Part shown: positions 61,376 through 64,000 of the stretch, piece after piece
Numbering within the stretch: the first letter of the stretch is position 1
How the letters are laid out: each line of letters starts with the position of its first letter
Assembly: GCA_034530875.2 (NCBI GenBank)
Contig: JAVRCJ020000011.1
Coordinates: forward strand, 153,055 to 217,054
Direction: 5' to 3'
DNA length: 64,000 bases
From: Nostoc sp. DedSLP01
GTDB lineage: Bacteria; Cyanobacteriota; Cyanobacteriia; Cyanobacteriales; Nostocaceae
Notes under the pieces: generated by a model
Database searches by the model: none
Seen by the model: only the letters and a program-made list of their open reading frames with translations
Told to the model about the DNA's origin: nothing
Position numbers and translations under genes: made by a program

Positions 61376-61570
61376 TCCTAAATCTATTTAGCCAATTTCT
61401 CCGATATACTCTCTTCTCACTCCGTCCGTAAAATTACCACTTTTTTTATGTCTGGAATCATCAACGATCGCCACTCAGGCTTTCCCCTTTCCCTGTTCTC
61501 TTTTAAGACAAATAACTAAACCTAAGCTACAATTCAAGCAGAGTAAGCATTTGACGCTTAGGAACACTTC

Positions 61571-62311
61571 ATGCTTGAGACTTTAGAAACCCGACTTTAC
61601 GAACTAGAACAATTTGCCAACACCCTTGTTTCTCATCAATTGACGCATATTAGCGTGTTGAGCATTGGTATCATCTTTGCAGCTGGGTTGCTCACCAGCC
61701 TTACGCCTTGTATGCTTTCCATGCTGCCAATTACTATTGGTTACATCGGTGGTTATGAAGCGAAAAGCCGTCTCCAAGGTGCCACACAATCAACTTGGTT
61801 TGCTCTAGGGTTAGCAACTACATTGGCAGGGTTAGGAATAATAGCAGCTTTTGTCGGAAAAGTCTACGGTCAAGTGGGAATTGGCTTACCAATAATTGTG
61901 AGCATAATCGCCATTCTTATGGGGCTGAACTTATTGGAAGCACTACCGCTGCAATTTCCCTCCTTGGGCGAAACAAATTGGATTTCTCCAGATTTACCGG
62001 CAGGAGTGCGTTCTTATTCGCTGGGGCTGACTTTCGGCTTAGTTGCATCTCCTTGCAGCACGCCCGTTTTAGCTAGCTTGCTTGGTTGGATTGCTAACAC
62101 GCAAGACTTAATTTTAGGTGCTGTTTTATTACTTTCCTATACAGCCGGTTATGTAGCACCGTTGATTTTAGCGGGTACTTTTACCGCTTCAATTAAAAAG
62201 TTGCTGGAATTGCGTCGCTGGTCGGGTTGGATTAATCCAGTTAGCGGCGCGTTGCTGGTAGGATTTGGTGTATTTTCGCTAATTTCTCGAATTCCGCTTG
62301 GGAGTTTTTAA
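61571..62311 (+). CDS. ccdA: Cytochrome c biogenesis protein CcdA
   Basis: TSLTPCMLSMLP and ASPCSTPVL cysteine motifs; multi-TM. Confidence 0.95.
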   Translation: MLETLETRLYELEQFANTLVSHQLTHISVLSIGIIFAAGLLTSLTPCMLSMLPITIGYIGGYEAKSRLQGATQSTWFALGLATTLAGLGIIAAFVGKVYGQVGIGLPIIVSIIAILMGLNLLEALPLQFPSLGETNWISPDLPAGVRSYSLGLTFGLVASPCSTPVLASLLGWIANTQDLILGAVLLLSYTAGYVAPLILAGTFTASIKKLLELRRWSGWINPVSGALLVGFGVFSLISRIPLGSF

Positions 62312-62346
62312 GGCAGGGGGCAGGGGGCAGGAGGCAAGAGGCAGGA
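62311..62346. repeat. Heptamer repeat (GGCAGGG/A)n
   Basis: Tandem heptamers just after ccdA. Confidence 0.75.
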
Positions 62347-62467
62347 GATTTTATACTATTAACCCGTGTGAGTAATGAGCGAAAAGGGAAAGGATACAGA
62401 ACAACTAAATATATTTATGGGGATTATTGATTTTGAATTTTGAATTTTGAATTCGGAGCGAAACGAC

Positions 62468-63868
62468 GTGACATTAGAAGATTCGACTTCCAAAAAAATT
62501 AGTTGGTGGGCTTTACCTGGAGAGTATTTGCGTCGGGAATTGTTGCCTATCTTAACAGATTTACGACTGGCGATCGCCTTATTATTAGCGATCGCAATTT
62601 TTAGTGCCACTGGTACTGTAATCGAGCAAGGTCAGTCACCTGCATTTTATCAAGCTAACTATCCAGAACATCCGGCACTATTTGGTTTTTTAACTTGGAA
62701 AGTAATTCAAGTAGTTGGCTTAGACCATGTATATCGTACTGGGTGGTTTTTGTCATTATTGATTTTATTTGGCACGAGTTTAACTGCTTGTTCTTTTACC
62801 CGTCAGTTACCAGCCTTAAAAGCAGCCCAACGTTGGAAATATTACGAAGAACCACGCCAATTTAACAAACTAGCTTTAAGTGCAGAATTAGATAATGGTT
62901 CGTTGAATTCTCTTAACCAAATATTGCAGAATTACCGCTATAAAATTTTTTCCGATCCAGAAAAAGAAAATCTTTTATATGCGCGTAAAGGAATAGTTGG
63001 ACGCATTGGCCCGATTATCGTTCATATTGGGATAGTGGCTATTTTAATTGGGGGGATTTGGGGAGCATTGACTGGATTTATGGCCCAGGAAATGGTTGCT
63101 AGTGGCGATACATTTCAGATAAAAAATATTGTAGATGCTGGCCCTTTAGCAGTAGCCCAAGTACCAAAAGATTGGTCTGTGAAAGTCAATCGTTTTTGGA
63201 TTGATTATACTGCAACTGGTGGTATTGACCAATTTTATTCAGATTTATCTGTTTTAAATAATCAAGGCAAAGAAGTCGATCGCAAAAAGATTTTTGTCAA
63301 CGAACCTCTGCGCTATCATGGCGTAACTTTGTACCAAACTGATTGGGGAATTGCAGCTGTTCGCGTCCAATTTAATAACAGCCCAGTTTTTCAGCTACCA
63401 ATGGTCAAGTTAAATACCAACGGTCAAGGTGCAGTTTGGGGAACTTGGATTCCTACTAAACCAGATTTGAGTGCAGGTGTTTCTGTTTTAGCCAAAGATT
63501 TGCAAGGAATGGTATTAATTTATGATGTCAATGGCAAATTAGTTAATACTATCCGCGCTGGTATGTCTGCCGAAGTCAATGGCGTGAAGCTGAAAATAGT
63601 AGAAGTAATTGGCAGCACGGGCTTACAAATTAAAGCCGATCCAGGCATACCAATTGTTTATGGAGGATTTGCTTTATTAATGTTGGGTGTGGTGATGAGT
63701 TACTTTTCTCACTCGCAAATTTGGGCATTACAAAAAGGCGATCGCTTGTATGTCGGCGGTAAAACTAATCGCGCCCAAGTTGCTTTTGAACAAGAGGTTC
63801 TAGATATCTTAGACCGACTAAGTTCGCAAGCCAAAAATGATGATAAAGAAATGGTAATTGAAGTTTAA
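62468..63868 (+). CDS. ccs1: Cytochrome c biogenesis protein Ccs1/CcsB (ResB family); GTG start at 62468 preferred over 62447
   Basis: [49 protein letters not shown]. Confidence 0.93.
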   Translation: MTLEDSTSKKISWWALPGEYLRRELLPILTDLRLAIALLLAIAIFSATGTVIEQGQSPAFYQANYPEHPALFGFLTWKVIQVVGLDHVYRTGWFLSLLILFGTSLTACSFTRQLPALKAAQRWKYYEEPRQFNKLALSAELDNGSLNSLNQILQNYRYKIFSDPEKENLLYARKGIVGRIGPIIVHIGIVAILIGGIWGALTGFMAQEMVASGDTFQIKNIVDAGPLAVAQVPKDWSVKVNRFWIDYTATGGIDQFYSDLSVLNNQGKEVDRKKIFVNEPLRYHGVTLYQTDWGIAAVRVQFNNSPVFQLPMVKLNTNGQGAVWGTWIPTKPDLSAGVSVLAKDLQGMVLIYDVNGKLVNTIRAGMSAEVNGVKLKIVEVIGSTGLQIKADPGIPIVYGGFALLMLGVVMSYFSHSQIWALQKGDRLYVGGKTNRAQVAFEQEVLDILDRLSSQAKNDDKEMVIEV

Positions 63869-64000
63869 TTGTTATTAGTCATTGGTGCAAACTTAACGTA
63901 AAAGCCTTACCAAGCCATGAGCGTGAGTCTATTCACTAACCATCACTCTTCGCATCACCCCACCCCGGCTTTGCTGACGCAAAACCTCCCCTCCCCTTGG

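Noticed and set aside
1..64000. High density of GCGATCGC
   Set aside because: This is HIP1, ordinary for cyanobacteria; used only as a taxonomic cue.
63955..64000. C-rich element at the window end
   Set aside because: Probably a dispersed repeat, but truncated and not assessable.

Overview
Chromosomal window from a filamentous, probably heterocyst-forming (Nostocales-type) cyanobacterium, judged from frequent HIP1 octamers (GCGATCGC), heptamer tandem repeats, xisI and nblS/hik33. Housekeeping genes (thrC-like/moaD, miaB, nblS, purD, ccdA, ccs1) surround three accessory loci. (1) 4455-13562: a four-gene secreted DUF11/Ig-fold operon ending in a large outer-membrane barrel, whose motif layout suggests a strand-complementing, possibly isopeptide-crosslinked surface fibre; a REP-associated tyrosine transposase with its palindromes follows. 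(2) 16802-18894: a nuclease-ParA fusion with an atypical ParB-like partner. (3) 36045-60610: an anabaenopeptin-type NRPS cluster with hphABCD and an ABC transporter but only five modules. The AptC-like protein ends directly in a thioesterase and no aptD is present, predicting a ring-contracted ureido-pentapeptide. A 21-nt element inserted into a HIP1 site inside a kinase gene and an IscR/Rrf2-like operator are also visible. All calls were made by eye from motifs; no database searches were run.
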